A DNA stretch of 64,000 bases, taken from the NCBI GenBank assembly GCA_036785375.1, contig JAWMAR010000243.1:1364001-1428000 (forward strand). Reading direction: 5' to 3'. Both the position numbers and the translations under genes were made by a program. Below the pieces are notes generated by a model. It did not search any database. It worked only from the letters and a program-made list of their open reading frames with translations, and was not told the origin of the DNA. Below, in pieces: positions 1 to 13,323 of this stretch. Every line of letters begins with the position of its first letter. Within the stretch, counting starts at the first letter, position 1. The stretch comes from Leucoraja ocellata. Taxonomy: Eukaryota.

Positions 1-6
1 CCCCAC

Positions 7-115
7 CTGGAACAGTCAGTGTTAGTAACCTAGACTGGAGATCACACTGGGACAGGGGGTAGTGATCCTCACTAGAGCTCTCCTGGAATAGGGCAAGTGA
101 TCTTCACTGGAGTTC
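7..115. repeat. Degenerate ~36-bp minisatellite, resuming at 955-1012
   Basis: Units like CTGGGACAGGGGGTAGTGATCCTCACTAGAGCTCTC, interrupted by CR1 and Penelope-derived insertions. Confidence 0.65.
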
Positions 116-850
116 AGAACAAGGCGGCAGATCATTATCTGAATGTTGACAGATTAGGAAACGGGGAGGTGCAACGAGACCTGGGTGTCCTTGTAACATC
201 AGTCACCGAAAGTAAGCATTCAAGTACAGCAGGCAGTGAAGAAAGAAAATGGCCCGTTGGCCTTCATAGCAAGAAGATTTGAGTACAGGAGCAAGGAGAT
301 CCTACTGCAGTTGTACAGGGCCCTGGTGAGACCACACCTGGAGTATTGTGTGCAGTTTTGGTCTCCTAATTTGAGGACGGGCATTCTTGCTATTGAGGGA
401 GTGCAGCGTAGGTTCACCAGGTTAATTCCCAGATGGCAGCACTGACATGATGAAAGAATGGATCGACTGGGCTTATATTCACTGGAATTCAGAAGGATGA
501 GAGGGGATCTTGTAGAAACATAAAATTCTTAAGGGATTGGACAGGCAAGATGCCGGAAAAATGTTCCTGATGTTGGGGGAGTCCAGAACCAGGGGTCACA
601 GTTTAAGAATAAGGGGTAGGCCATTTAGGACTGAGATGGGGGGGAAAAACCTTTTCACCCAGAGAGTTGTGAATTTGTGGAATTCTCTTCTGCCGTGGAG
701 GCCATTTCACTGGATGTTTTCAAGAGGGAGTTAGATATAGCTCTAACGGCTAAGGGAATCAAGGGATATGGGGAGAAGCAGGAACGGGGCACTGATTTTA
801 GATGATCAGCCATGATCATATTGAATGGTGGAGCTGGTTGGAAGGGCCGA
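116..850 (+). mobile_element. CR1-type LINE 3' fragment
   Basis: LYRALVRPHLEYCVQFWSP, EGVQRRFTRLIP, SRTRGHSLRIRG, FTQRVVNLWNSL. Confidence 0.9.
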
Positions 851-1064
851 AGAAGGGTCTCGACCCGAAACATACCCAATCCCTCTCTCCAAAGATGCTG
901 CCTGTCCCGCTGACTTACTGCAGCTTTTTGTGTCTATTCTGTTTCTATGTTTCACTCTGGGACAGGGGGTAGTGACACTCACTGGAGCTCTCCCGGGACA
1001 GTCTTAGTGACCTGCATGACTATGCTCAGCCTTCAGTACCCACACACCTACATAACACACATAC

Positions 1065-1179
1065 CTTTGTCTTCAGCGATGATTTGCACCAGTTGGTAAT
1101 CCTCAGGCCTGTCCCCATCCAAATTGTGTTTGGCCATGGCCTTTCGAATGACAACAGGCGTCTTATCTTGGCTTGTCAC
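1065..1179 (-). CDS. RALGDS: RALGDS exon 17 (115 nt) [38 protein letters not shown]
   Basis: RA-domain sequence; acceptor ttccag, donor G|GTATG. Confidence 0.95.
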
Positions 1180-1807
1180 CTGGAACAGAATTTTAACCCT
1201 TTAAAAGACCAGGCTTTGGTATTTATTACCCTATTATCCTTTCAGTAGTTTAAAAATATTTACCACATCCTCATCTCCCCTCACCTGTATGTCTCTACAC
1301 ATTATCTCCCATCCTCTCCATAGAATATCTACACCCATTAAGAATACATGTTCACATGGGCTTGCATCTCATGTTGGCTCTTGGAGCAGTGGTAATTGAG
1401 ATATATTGTCTTGGAGAAAGCACCACAACCAGAGCCACTTCCAAGTTGCAGCAACACTCATTAATTAGAGCCAAGGCAACACCAGGAACCGTGGATAATT
1501 TCCCTCCCCATTTCCTGGTGGCAGTGGCGTGGGGCTCAAAACGTAACCATGATAGTAGGGCAAGGCCAACTCTGGAATCTCAGTTAACTCAACCACGGCT
1601 GGTAATCCGAGTGCAAAACCAAGGCAGAAATTGTGACTTGACCAAGACTGAGGGAGACATCAATATAGATTTTATTTAAACAGTGGTCCTATCAACAATG
1701 CTTGAGGAATGCCACCATTCACCTCTCCCTGCGTCAAAAACAACCATTTACTACCACCCTCGATTGTCATAGTATAAATGTTGAGGCACAGCAATGAAAC
1801 AGGCCCT

Positions 1808-2112
1808 TAACACAGAAAAATAGGTGCAGAAGTAGGCCATTCGGCCCTTCGAGCCTGCACCGCCATTCAATATGATCATGGCTGATCACCCAACTCGGTA
1901 TCCTGTACCTGCCTTCTCTCCATACCCCCTGATACCTTTAGCCACAAGGGTCACATCTAACTCCCTCTTAAATATAGCCAATGAACTGGCCTCAACTACC
2001 TTCTGTGGCAGAGAATTCCAGAGATTCACCACTCTCTGTGTGAAAAATGTTTTTCTCATCTTGGTCCTAAAAGATTTCCCCCTTATCCTTAAACTGTGAC
2101 CCCTTGACCTGG
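1808..2112 (-). mobile_element. CR1 LINE 3' end
   Basis: RGHSLRIRG...FFTQRVVNLWNSLPQ plus conserved 3'UTR hairpin. Confidence 0.9.
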
Positions 2113-2762
2113 CCCACTCGGTCCTCATTGTCCATGAAGCATCCATTGACATTAATCCCATTTTTATTATTTTCACCTTCCCATTAACAATGCACATTTT
2201 CTACCACTCATCCATCTGCTGCTACAGTCATTTTCACATGTCAACTAACCTACTGACCAGTATGTGTTTAGGATATGGGAGGAATCTGCAGAACCTGGAA
2301 GAAACCCACGCAGTCACAGAGAGTATGTCTAAACTCCAAACAGACAGCAGCCAAGGTGAGGATTAAACCAAGGTCACTGGAGCTGTGAGACAGCAATTCA
2401 GCTTGCTGTGCTACTGTGCCACCTTAGCATATGGGAACCCTGCTCTCCTTCAAAATAGTAGTGCCAAGAATTTTCATATATGCCTTAGTGGGTGAGATAG
2501 TGGACGTGGAGTGAGTTTTAAAAAGATATGAACTCGGAGCAACAAACAAAATGTTGGAGGAATTCAGTGGGTCGAGCAGCATCTGTGGATGGAAAAGCAT
2601 TGTTGCTTTGTTTGTTGCTCCAGGTTCCAGCACCAACGGTCTCTTCCGTCTTGAAAGATACACACTTGTTGCCCAGAGGAATGTGAGGCAGTTTTGCTTA
2701 GACCAATCCAATGTTTGCCATCTCCTGCTCCCCATCTCACCCAAGACCCGAGCAATGAACTA

Positions 2763-3047
<285 letters not shown>

Positions 3048-4470
3048 CTAAAAGAAAATAAAATATGGGAAAAAAAAGGTTTACCATTGGGACAAGACTG
3101 GTACCACCAGTGCCCAGTCTGGCCCAGCTTGGAATGTTGTACCTGCCAGTTAAAAGCTGGTACTTCCAAAGTTCAGTAAAAAAAAACTAAAGGTGAGGTG
3201 CTGAGTCAGTTCTGAAGAGGTTTGCAGAATACATCCTCTTGTAAGCCCAGCATTGCCACCATCACCCTCATGTGTTCCCAACACCAGCGCCAAGCTCAAT
3301 TCACGTCTACCTACCTCACAACCACAAATTTCATTTGCACAGCACCTTCAATGCATCAAGATGCACTGGCATACAAAATGATTCTTTCATTCACAATATG
3401 GATGTTGAACAATAAGGTGATGAACAAGCATCTTACAAGTGGATGGAGCAGGGGAATTTCCACACTGGGCGTCTTGGCGGCTGAAAGCCCTGTCACACAC
3501 TATGAAGGGATTAACATCAGCAGTGCTCAAGAGGCTCAAATAGGAGGAACATCAATATCTCATTGGGTCGTGGGGCTGAGGAGATCACAATTGGTGAGGC
3601 CTAGGGTGAAGGTCTATAACAATATGGCTTTTCCAAAGATATTAATTTGCTTAATAATGCAAGTGTGTGGAAAGTTGCGAATGTCGGATTCCTTTTGTAA
3701 ACCATGGGAGGGAATGTGGAACACTTTGGGCTTCAGGGACATCATGGAGTAAACATTCATCGGGGATCCAATAGGGATGTTTCAGGATGGGAAGATTCCC
3801 AACTCCAGGCTCTTTGAACAGCTCAACAAATTGTCTCTCCATCTCCCTACTCCAGAAGCCTGCCTTTGGCCAGTCAATATGCCCGCTAATGGCAGGTAAT
3901 ACCTTCCAGGGATAACCACAAGGTAAACAGACACACGGTGACTCTGGACTATCAATTAACTAGCCGTTCTTTGCTCAACTCCAGCATGTTTATAGCAAAG
4001 AGATAGAGCCGTTGAGTTGTATCTCCTGATAATTTGCAGGATTTTACTTTGGTCCGGGATATTAATTTTCCCATCCCGGGAGACTTCAGGATAATCTGGG
4101 AGATTTAAAAACCCCAGTGGTCGGGCGAGCCAACACTTTTAACTGGGGTTTGGGGTGGGGAGGAATGTGGAATGGATACATCTTGGGAGAGGAATGGAGA
4201 GAAGGCAGTGATCACCCTAGGGTTAGAATCTACAACTAGTCACAAACAGTTGAGCTCATTCTAGCACCTCTACTGCTGCCATCATAATTAGGGTGGGTCA
4301 TACCCACTTCAGGCTTCTTTAGTGACAGACTGTTGCGTTACACAAGGCTCTCCATGGAGTCTAGGCTTGTCCCATTTTACTGGGCTAATGGGCTGATGAC
4401 AGTCGGCCTCTGGCACTGGACATCAGAGTTAAAGAACAATTTGTTTTGTGTTTGCACAATCATTCCCTAC

Positions 4471-4669
4471 CTTCTTCTCCTGGGAATCTGGTGACTCGGA
4501 GATGAAGCTGATGTTGATTTCTTCCACGTCAGAGTTGCTGGAGCCGGCAGATGTGACACTGACTGAGTCTCCTGCATCGCCACCGCCCAGGTAGGGCCCG
4601 TACTTGAGCTGCTCGCAGGATCGGGACTGGGCGCCTGTACATGGAGCATCTGCGCCTGGCGTACTCCTG
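4471..4669 (-). CDS. RALGDS: RALGDS exon 15 (199 nt) RSTPGADAP...SDVEEINISFISESPDSQEKK
   Basis: SAGSS.SDVEEINISF motif; CAGCAG (NAGNAG) acceptor; AAG|GTAGG donor. Confidence 0.92.
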
Positions 4670-5459
4670 CTGCAATCGTCGATGGGATGGAAGGAAGAAG
4701 GTGTTAACAAACTGGATAGTCCAATGATAGACCTCATGTTGGACTGAGCAGACACCTCATTGGGTCATCAGCAGCCCCCATTACTCTCCCCACATTTTAT
4801 TTCCATTGATATCTGTCCTGAGCTCAGCACATTGATGCAATGGTAAAGGAAATCTACCAACACCTCTACTTCCCTAGAACATTGATTTGGAATGTCAACA
4901 AATACTCTCTTGAACTTCAACAGGTGTGCGGTAGAGAGCTTACTGGCAGATAGCATGGCCTGATATGGTTATTAATTGATTGAATTGTTTAATATGTATT
5001 ATGAGTATTATGTTCACAGACTTGTTGTGCTGTTGCAAGTAAGAAATTCATTGTTCTGTTGTCAGTATGACAATTCAACACACCTGACTCTTGGCTATCA
5101 ATGTCAATATGAATCAGGCTATCAACTCACTTCCAAGTTCAGAGTCAAGTGTGTTTAATTGTTATATGTACCGATAATGTTTCTACACGGCCACCCAATG
5201 TGACAGTCATGGCGGGGCACAGCAATGTAACCATTCTGGCCTTTCCCACCTTTGCTCAAGTGTCAAGTGCGGTTAATTGTCATATGTACCTGAACAGAAC
5301 AAAGAAACCCGTACTTGCAGCAGTATAACAGGCCTGTAAACACGGCACTCAATAGTCCTCCACCTAGCCCCAGGATTGCCCAGGCCAAATGTCACAATCC
5401 CCTCTCTACCTTTACATTCAATGCACATCTGTCTAACCACAGTGGCAAAGGACACTCAC

Positions 5460-5555
5460 TCGCTCCACCGCTTGATGATGCCTGTGTTCTTCTTTGCCTT
5501 CAGAGTGTTGCTCGCAGATTCTGCCAGAGGCTCAATTTCACAGGACAGGTTGTAA
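5460..5555 (-). CDS. RALGDS: RALGDS exon 14 (96 nt) YNLSCEIEPLAESASNTLKAKKNTGIIKRWS
   Basis: Conserved translation; GA|GTGAGT donor. Confidence 0.94.
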
Positions 5556-5907
5556 CTGGAATTATAAGAAGATTAAAACAGTTAACAAAATCAAGACAGG
5601 GCATGATTTTCCAGCACCTCTCCCCACCTAGCGTTCTTTATTCAAATCCCAGCCAGGTTTTCCCCAGTCACTGGCTCTCTGATCTCACTGGGATAGGGTA
5701 GTGTACTCGCACCACCTGCTCAGATAAAAACAGATCCATGTCCGTCATTGAGATTGATTTCACGAAAGCTTGTGTTGGGCAGATGTGTCTGTGAAAGTGT
5801 GAGCCCCGAGCAGGTACATAGGCTCTTGCCCTGGCTCTCTCCTCTCTGACAACACTGCCGACCGACCCATGCCCAACCCTTCAACAGCAGCACAAGCGTC
5901 CCCTCAC

Positions 5908-6029
5908 CTTTCCGCCTCCGTCAGCCTCCCCACGCTGCGAAACCACTCCACAAACCGATGGTCCGGTGTAAATGAGTAGTTATTGCAGGCAGACTGCAGC
6001 AGCTTGATCTGGGCAATCACTTCGAACTC
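5908..6029 (-). CDS. RALGDS: RALGDS exon 13 (122 nt) EFEVIAQIKLLQSACNNYSFTPDHRFVEWFRSVGRLTEAES
   Basis: Conserved translation; TAG acceptor, AG|GTGAG donor. Confidence 0.95.
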
Positions 6030-6828
6030 CTAGCAGAGAAAACATTCGCCAGTGTTAGTGGAGCTTGCAGAAAAATACACCCACATTTCCTGCCTTCCAT
6101 AGCATACTGGTCCATCATATCAGTTCCAGTCCTCAGTATCCCATATGAACCATACAGAGGTGGCAACCAAAGCAGATGCCTGTGTACCACAACTCCCAAT
6201 TCACATTGTGCGGTGGGCGTTCCAAATGCTGCCAGCAATGTTACAGTATTGTGTGTAATATGAACATCCCACCAAGGTCCAGTGAAATACAATGGCAGCG
6301 CCCATACTAACTATTAGCTTCTATCTGCTTCCAAATGGAGTGGCTATCAGCTTGTCTCTGAAGGCAAGCAGTAAGCCAAGCCTGTGAATGGGCACACTGC
6401 CTTTACACAGAATCATTTATAAGACACATTAAAAAAAAATGTTCTTTGCCCAAATGCAAATGCCACTGGTCATGCCAGTATGTTGTGCCCATCCCCAACT
6501 GACCCATCGGCCATTGAATAAATGGTCCCTCGGGAATACCCTGTAACTGAATTAAAGCAACCCAGGTGTATTGGTGGGATTCAGTGTTGTTGCCGGGCCT
6601 CTGGACACAGACCGAGTAATTTAAACTAAGTAATGGGATAGAGGGGAGAGGAGTGGTGGTGGGTTTTCAGCGCCAGGTGATATATGGCGGTCCAGCTGGG
6701 ATTTGACCTCTCCCTGGGAGTCAGCACAGTGGCTCCTTCATGAGGAGCTCATGCTCCGAGCTGTGGAGGTAAATGTTCATTTATAAACCCATGGCCCTCA
6801 ATAATGAAACAAGCCTGAAATGTCTTAC

Positions 6829-6861
6829 CTTTCTCCTCTTTTCAAAGTTGATCAGACCGCC
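6829..6861 (-). CDS. RALGDS: RALGDS exon 12 (33 nt) GGLINFEKRRK
   Basis: LINFEKRRK motif; acceptor cacag, donor AAG|GTAAG. Confidence 0.94.
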
Positions 6862-7450
6862 CTGTGAAGTGGAAAGGAACAGATTAATAACCTGAATTAT
6901 TACATTTCCTCTCCCCACACACTCGCTCTCCCCCCTTCCCTCTTCTGGGGAGCAGGTAGAGGCATCAGACACTTGCTGGCATCGCACTGTACAACAGTAC
7001 AAGGTCTACTGCGGTACACAAACTGGCACTGACCATTACAGGTCCTGAAGGAACTGCTGGTGAGACTTGTGGATAATTACTTCACACGTTTAGCTGGCAC
7101 ATAAACAGAGGAGACACAAGGACCTGGAATCTTGTGGAGAACACAAAGTACTGGATTAACTCAGCGGGTCAGGCGGCATCCCTGGAGGACATGGTGTGAA
7201 GGGTCCACCTAAAACATCGCCTGTCCATGTCCTCCATAGACACTGCCTGCCCACTGAGTTATTTTACCACTTTGCGTTTTACATAAACAAAGACGTGGAC
7301 ACATTTAACTACTTAGTTACTTACACCAGTGGAGAACACATTCGTCACCATATTCCAATATCACAAGCCGTGTTTCCCCACACTAAACCCATTTGCTACA
7401 TACATTGAATGCTCCATTTGTAAACAGATTCTAGGATAATTCTCACTTAC

Positions 7451-7537
7451 GTCTAAATGATCTTTCACCGCAGTGTCCAACATAACCAGGTCAGTGAGAA
7501 AGGTTCCCAAGTAAGGGATTGTACCCTGCATGACACC
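7451..7537 (-). CDS. RALGDS: RALGDS exon 11 (87 nt) GVMQGTIPYLGTFLTDLVMLDTAVKDHLD
   Basis: PYLG.FLTDL RasGEF motif; preceded by a 97-nt intron. Confidence 0.96.
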
Positions 7538-7634
7538 CTGGAGAAACACAGAAGGCATTTGTATTACTGATTAAGGACAGCCATTAGAATAAATGACTTG
7601 TGTGGCATCAAATAGATCTCTGGAGCAAACCTAC

Positions 7635-7712
7635 CAACTCCTTTTGTTGCTGCTGCCTTTTCTGAGCCCGTTTTGGATTGAGGTCAAGTGTAGCAAACTT
7701 TGAGGTCCCTTC
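7635..7712 (-). CDS. RALGDS: RALGDS exon 10 (78 nt) EGTSKFATLDLNPKRAQKRQQQQKEL
   Basis: EGTSKFATL motif; GT-AG. Confidence 0.93.
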
Positions 7713-9886
7713 CTGGAATTACAGAATATGAAAATAAAGGAGACATACACACAATGAGCACCTTACGAACAGGTCAAAGAATGCATGTGTGTTATTTAAA
7801 CTTCAGTGTAAAATGGTATTAAGTGCTAAACCTTGCCTTTCCAGTAGGTGGCAGCACCCATGCAAAACAAGGGTTTGGGATTTTAGATTCAGGTTAGTAA
7901 TATACACAAAGAAATTCCTCATTCACATAGAGTGCATGGTGTACATGATAATAATAGATAACAATAAATACAATGAAGGATGCAAAACAGCAGAGGTGTC
8001 TAAAGTTGTAGTGCAATTTGAAGTAGCGGAGAAAAAATACTAAAGTAAATTATGGAATAATCAAATATTCTAAAAAAAGTCTAAAAACAGGGTCTCTACC
8101 CAAAATGTCACCCATTCCTTCTCTCCAGAGATGCTGCTTCACCCACTGAATTGCTCCAGCATTTTGTGTCTACCTATGGAATAATCAAGTTGAGTTTAAG
8201 AGGACATCGCGCAGCACCTCTGGGACGGGGGTGTGAAGAAGTGATTGGTTCATGAGTCTGAAAGCTGTGGGGATGAAGCTGTCCTTAAATCTGGGCTTTC
8301 AAGCTCCAGTTACTTCTCTCAAAAGGTAGAAGAGAGAAAAGCCGGGGTGACAGACGTGATTGGTGAGACTCAGCCTTCCTGAGGCATCACACCGTGAAGA
8401 TGGAAGGAAGAAGGAAAAGACAAGTCTGCGATGGACTGTGCTATGTTTACGTCCTCTGCAGGTTCAGGTGATCAAGAGCTGAGCAGCTGCCACAACAGGC
8501 TGTGATGCATCTTGCCAGAATACTTTAAAGAGAGCGAACAAGCTCAGGACATTGAGACATGCTAAGATTCTTTTTCTGAAGTGGGTCATTGGAGTACAAT
8601 TGTACAAAACACAATCCTACAAACCTGCTAATGACCAGCCTGTTTTTGTTGGTGGTGTTGAGTGAGGGCTGGCTATTGCTTGGGGCCACTAGGGATAACT
8701 TCCCTATGGAGGGTGAAGCAACGCTTCAGTTTTGCCCATTTATTTTGTTTCTCGTCCTTCAGATGCTGCCTGACTTCATGCTTCCAGCGTTTTCTGCAGC
8801 CTCAACCTTGGATTCTGTTCATCTCCATTCTACCCATTGGCTGGCCTCCTCCATCCTGATTGAAAATGGTTTCCCTTCCAGTGCTGCTCAAAGAGTGCCA
8901 GGGCGGTTCCAAGTGATTCACTCACCCAGTGATTCAGACACGGCAGCTGAACAACCCACACTATGAAGACATTGCAAGTTACTGTAAGAGAAGCTAATTA
9001 AGAGCGATGATTGTGGGTTGCCGGGGGTAGAACGGAAACTAAGAGCCGGTCACGGACTGTTTCTAAAGAGTACTGTGGTGACAACTTTCCCTTAGTCAAG
9101 TCACTGTGGGTTCGCTACACATTGGCCTCGGGTGGAAACTCTCCTGCTGCTGGCAAAAGTCATTTCAAAACTTATTGACTGACCTATCAGCTTGGTGAAG
9201 AAAGCAGTGTCTTCTGCAAGAACACAGTGACTGGTCCGTAAAAGCAGTTATTTACAGATTATACATACAACCACATCCTGCCATCATTGCATCTACTTCA
9301 TGCCTAAAAACGTTGCCCCCACTGTTGCTTCCCAGAATGTGCACTTTAACCACACACTGCAGATCTTATACAATAGCTTCACCGAGCAGCTTTGATAAGG
9401 CTTTCTGCAAGTTACTATTGGTGTTAAAAGTGCAGAATGCTCTTATTATTCTTTTTCTATCAGTTGCTTTCGCTTTAAGCCTTGTTAAGTTCAACAACAA
9501 TGAAAGCTTGTTTTTCCATTGTGCCTTTCACAATAACCTCCCAAACTTCCTCGCAACAGAATGGCTCAAAGAGGCACATTTCGTGGAGGGGAGAGAGGTG
9601 GAGAGGATCAGAGAGAGAGAAATGCAAAGGTTGAGGCCTGCACAGCCCACAATAGTGGAGGCTCGAGCTGGAATTTGGGAAGAGTATTTTGGGAGCCTGT
9701 ATTTTGTAGAGGTCGGGCCGTAGAAGGATATTAGTATAGGCAGTTGGCCTCAAAAAAATACCTTCACATGCCTTGGACTGTTTCAACAGACAGTATAATA
9801 AAGAGGGATGATAAAAACAGACATTGCTGAAAGCACTCAGCGGGTCAGGCAGCAGTTGTGGAAAGAGAACGAGAGTTCGTGTTTCA

Positions 9887-10166
9887 AAGCCCTGTCCCAC
9901 TGTATGAGTTCATTCAAGAGCTCTCCCGACTTAAAAAAAAAATCAAACTTGTGGTAAGCACGTAGAATGAACGTAGCGGGTACGTCGGAGCTCGGGGACG
10001 TCTCTTAGCGACTCATAACGCTAATGGCAGGTACTCGGGAAACGCGGTAAGCTCGGGAAGACTCTTGAAGATTTTTCAACGAGCGGCCATTACCATAAAT
10101 CTCCGAGTTCGAATCATTGGAAACTCGGCAGATCTGTTAAACGTACTTGTACAGTGGGACAGGCTT
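9887..10166. mobile_element. Harbinger-type MITE, same family as 28092, nested in a Penelope-derived repeat
   Basis: TIRs AAGCCCTGTCCCACTGTA / TACAGTGGGACAGGCTT; internal sequence shared with the 28092 copy; TCA/TTA target. Confidence 0.82.
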
Positions 10167-11231
10167 TTAGGAGCGAGACTCTTCATCAGCATTGATCTGA
10201 AAAATTAACTCTTGTTTTTCTATCCACAGAAGACGCCTGATCTGCTGAGTGCTTCCATCAATGTCTGTTTTCATTTCTAATTTCCAGCATCTGATGTTGT
10301 TTTTGATTATCTTAACAAACAGTGATCTAAATTGGGTACTCGTGACTTCTGTGTAGATGATTCAATCTCTAAGGACAGTGAGAATAAATATTTGCTTGAA
10401 TTAATTAACAAACTGCCTACACATCACACCATAGTGACATGGACATGCAGATTCACCAGTGGAATAACAAACTAACAAATGCAAGGATATTTCCACAATG
10501 TTTTGCCTGATTTAAACAGAATAATATCCAGTAACTCCCATTTTCTTTTTGCATACTGGGGGCTTTTCCAGGGATCTGACCTTGATATCATTCAGGTCAC
10601 AGGCTCCCACTGGCGAGAGCGGTTTCACGCCACACGCTGACACTGGGTGCATAACTTCATGTATTACGAGAGACGTCCGCTGGAATCAGAAAGATCCCAT
10701 GTCTGATTTGCCAAATTTCTTACACCAAGGACCCCTTCCATCATTCAGTATTACAAACTGCTTGTTTGACTTCTTACTATTTATAACGCTGGAGCCCAGA
10801 ACCCCTGCCAACAAACTAACCAGCAGGTGTGAGCAGGTATGGATTACCCAGGCACAATTATAAATGACTTATTGTTGAGAGTCCTTGAGCAAAGTCCAAT
10901 TCAGAAAGGTTCATTAGTGTTTTAAACAACCGTCTCTTCAGTTCATAAACAATACCTGAATATAATTGTATTGAAAGCACAAGCTTTAAACCACAACAAT
11001 GCATTTCTTTTTTTTAAAGTGTTCTGTGTTAACAATCCCCCAAACACTACTATCTTCAATAATAAAAAACTCTAAGTGGAAAGTTGATGGCACAGAATTA
11101 AAGGCAATGATATACCAGAGGGATCCTGATTCAGTGCATGGTGCATAAGACAAATGATCAGACAGTTGATGGGGATGCCTTAACTTTAGTAGTTTCACTT
11201 AACGATCACCCGTACACTAGTTCTATGTTAT

Positions 11232-11440
11232 CTCTCTGCCACAGAAGGTAGTTGAGGCCAGTTTATTGGCTATATTTAAGGGGGAGTTAGATGTGGCCCT
11301 TGTGGCTAAAGGGATCAGGGGGTATGGAGAGAAGGCAGGTACGGGATACTGAGTTGGATGATCAGCCGTGATCATATTGAATGGCGGTGCAGGCTCGAAG
11401 GGCCGAATGGCCTACTCCTGCACCTATTTTCTATGTTTCT
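11232..11440 (+). mobile_element. CR1 LINE 3' end inserted into a V-SINE
   Basis: Near-identical in inverse orientation to 1810-2020; SINE pieces on both sides (about 11200-11231 and 11441-11640). Confidence 0.85.
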
Positions 11441-11846
11441 ATCCCCTTTTTGTATTTTACATGCCAAGGCAATTTACAGAGGCCAATTGACCTACAAACC
11501 TGTGGGAGGAAACCACAGCACCCAGAGAAAACCCTCATAGTCACAGGGAGAAAGTATAAACTCCATGCAGACAACACCTATAGTCAAGATTGAACCCGGG
11601 TGTCTGGCGCTGTGAGGCAGCAGCTCTATCATTGTGCCGCTCATTGATCTTATTGGGCCCGGGATGGGGAGTAGAGCAGGTCATTCAGGATTGGCATGTC
11701 CTATCTCTGTTCAGCCATGCTGGGAGGCAAAAGAGTGTGGACACTAATCAAGTCCAGGCAGTGATCTTCCACTTGTGTGGGTTTACGGTTGGGTGAACAT
11801 TCACTGGGTAACAGGATCCCACCAAGATTGGGAAAGAGAACCCTTA

Positions 11847-12062
11847 TGCCCCTGTCCCACTTAGGAAACCTGAACGGAAACCTCTGTAGACTTTGCGCCC
11901 TGCCCAAGGTTTCTGTGCTGTTCCCGGAGTTTGCAGGTGGTTGCAGGTAGTGGAAGCAGGTAGGGAGACTGACAAAAACCTCCGGGAACCGCACGGAAAC
12001 CTTGGGCGGGGCGCAAAGTCCCCAGAGGTTTCCGTTCAGGTTTCCTAAGTGGGACAGAAGCA
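11847..12062. mobile_element. PIF/Harbinger-type MITE with long (~85 bp) TIRs
   Basis: TGCCCCTGTCCCACTTAGGAAACC... / ...GGTTTCCTAAGTGGGACAGAAGCA; TTA TSD on both sides. Confidence 0.88.
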
Positions 12063-12095
12063 TTATAGTTTATTAGAAAGACAGTGAACTCTTAC

Positions 12096-12180
12096 CTTGA
12101 TGAGCAGCTCACGGCTCAGGGAATGGTTATTGTCATCAGAGAAGATTTCGGACAGTTCTTGGAATATCCGAATGTTCTCT
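12096..12180 (-). CDS. RALGDS: RALGDS exon 9 (85 nt) ENIRIFQELSEIFSDDNNHSLSRELLIK
   Basis: Conserved translation; acceptor tttgcag, donor AAG|GTAAG. Confidence 0.95.
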
Positions 12181-12914
12181 CTGCAAAATTCCAAACGGAC
12201 ATAAAATGTTAGAAGCAGTGCAACACAATTTGCTATTCACAGGAAAACTGATAACTATAGCATATTGAACAACTCCCTTCAATTAGACAGTCAAATTCCT
12301 ATTCAGAGCAGAACAGGAGAAACTGGAAATTGAAGCGAGAATTGATTTGTGCACAATTCCAGGAAACCTAATCTGCAAGGTCTTGCTTCCAGAGTACACG
12401 TTGTACGTGTTACTGAGGAGCAGGCGCGGGCGGGACAATATCCATCCTGTTCACTACATAGAATAGTTTACATCCAAGCACAGCTGGAGATTGTCACAGT
12501 GTAACATGTATTTCCAATCCTTGCTGTGCAGGACTGCAGACACCAGGTTATGCACCTCAACATCATCTTGCCCATTCATTTGGTATCTGGTGTCTGTGAA
12601 ACACCACTGCAATTCTCCATTCGCTAAATTTAAATCACTGGCTAGTCCACCAGCTTCACCAATTTTCATGACATATATTGAAATGTACAAACTATCTCCT
12701 TATCCTACACCAACCTTTGAAGGGTAGGGTTTTGGCAACAATGTGAGCCACACCACAAGCACCTGTCAGGAAACTAGAACTGTACCAGCTGGATTCAGGA
12801 TGGTCGACACCCAAACAGATTTTCCTTATTTACTATTCTCAAATATCATGCTGTAAAATGCACGTGTAGTAATTATACATGAATACACCACGATTTAACA
12901 TAAACTACTTTGGG

Positions 12915-13215
12915 GCAGCTGGTGGAACTGATGTAGAGACCCTGGGACCCAGGTTCGATCCTGACCTCGGGCGCTGTCTGTGTGGCATTTGAATGTTCTC
13001 CGTGACCACATGGGTTTCCTCTGGATGCTCCAGTTTCTTCCCATATCCCATAAGCAACCGGGTTTGTTGGTTGATCGGCCTCTGTGAATTGCCCCTAGTA
13101 TGTGGGAAGTGGATGAGTAAATGGGATAACATAGAACTAGTGTGAATGGGAGATGGTTGGTCGGTGTGGACTCGGTGGGCCGATCGGCCTGTTTCCATGC
13201 TACTGTATATCTCTT
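12915..13215 (+). mobile_element. HE1/V-SINE copy
   Basis: B-box-like GGTTCGATCC, V core TTCTCCGTGACCACATGGGTTT, tail GGCCTGTTTCCATGCT. Confidence 0.78.
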
Positions 13216-13323
13216 AAAACTCTGAAGTAAAGTAGCTCCTTATCTGTCCTTTTCGTGGAAAGATGGTCAAAGTAATTCCAAATGATGCCAACTGCTAAAT
13301 CTCTTGCTGGGTTAATTTCCATA

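Noticed and set aside
1-20. Acceptor-like CTGTTCCAG|GTGGGG at the window edge as RALGDS exon 18
   Set aside because: Does not encode the expected (E/K)LKIP start and belongs to the local minisatellite.
3222-3752. 176-aa plus-strand ORF, and similar ones at 35483 and 49454
   Set aside because: No domain resemblance or codon bias; intronic, intergenic or repeat-overlapping chance ORFs.
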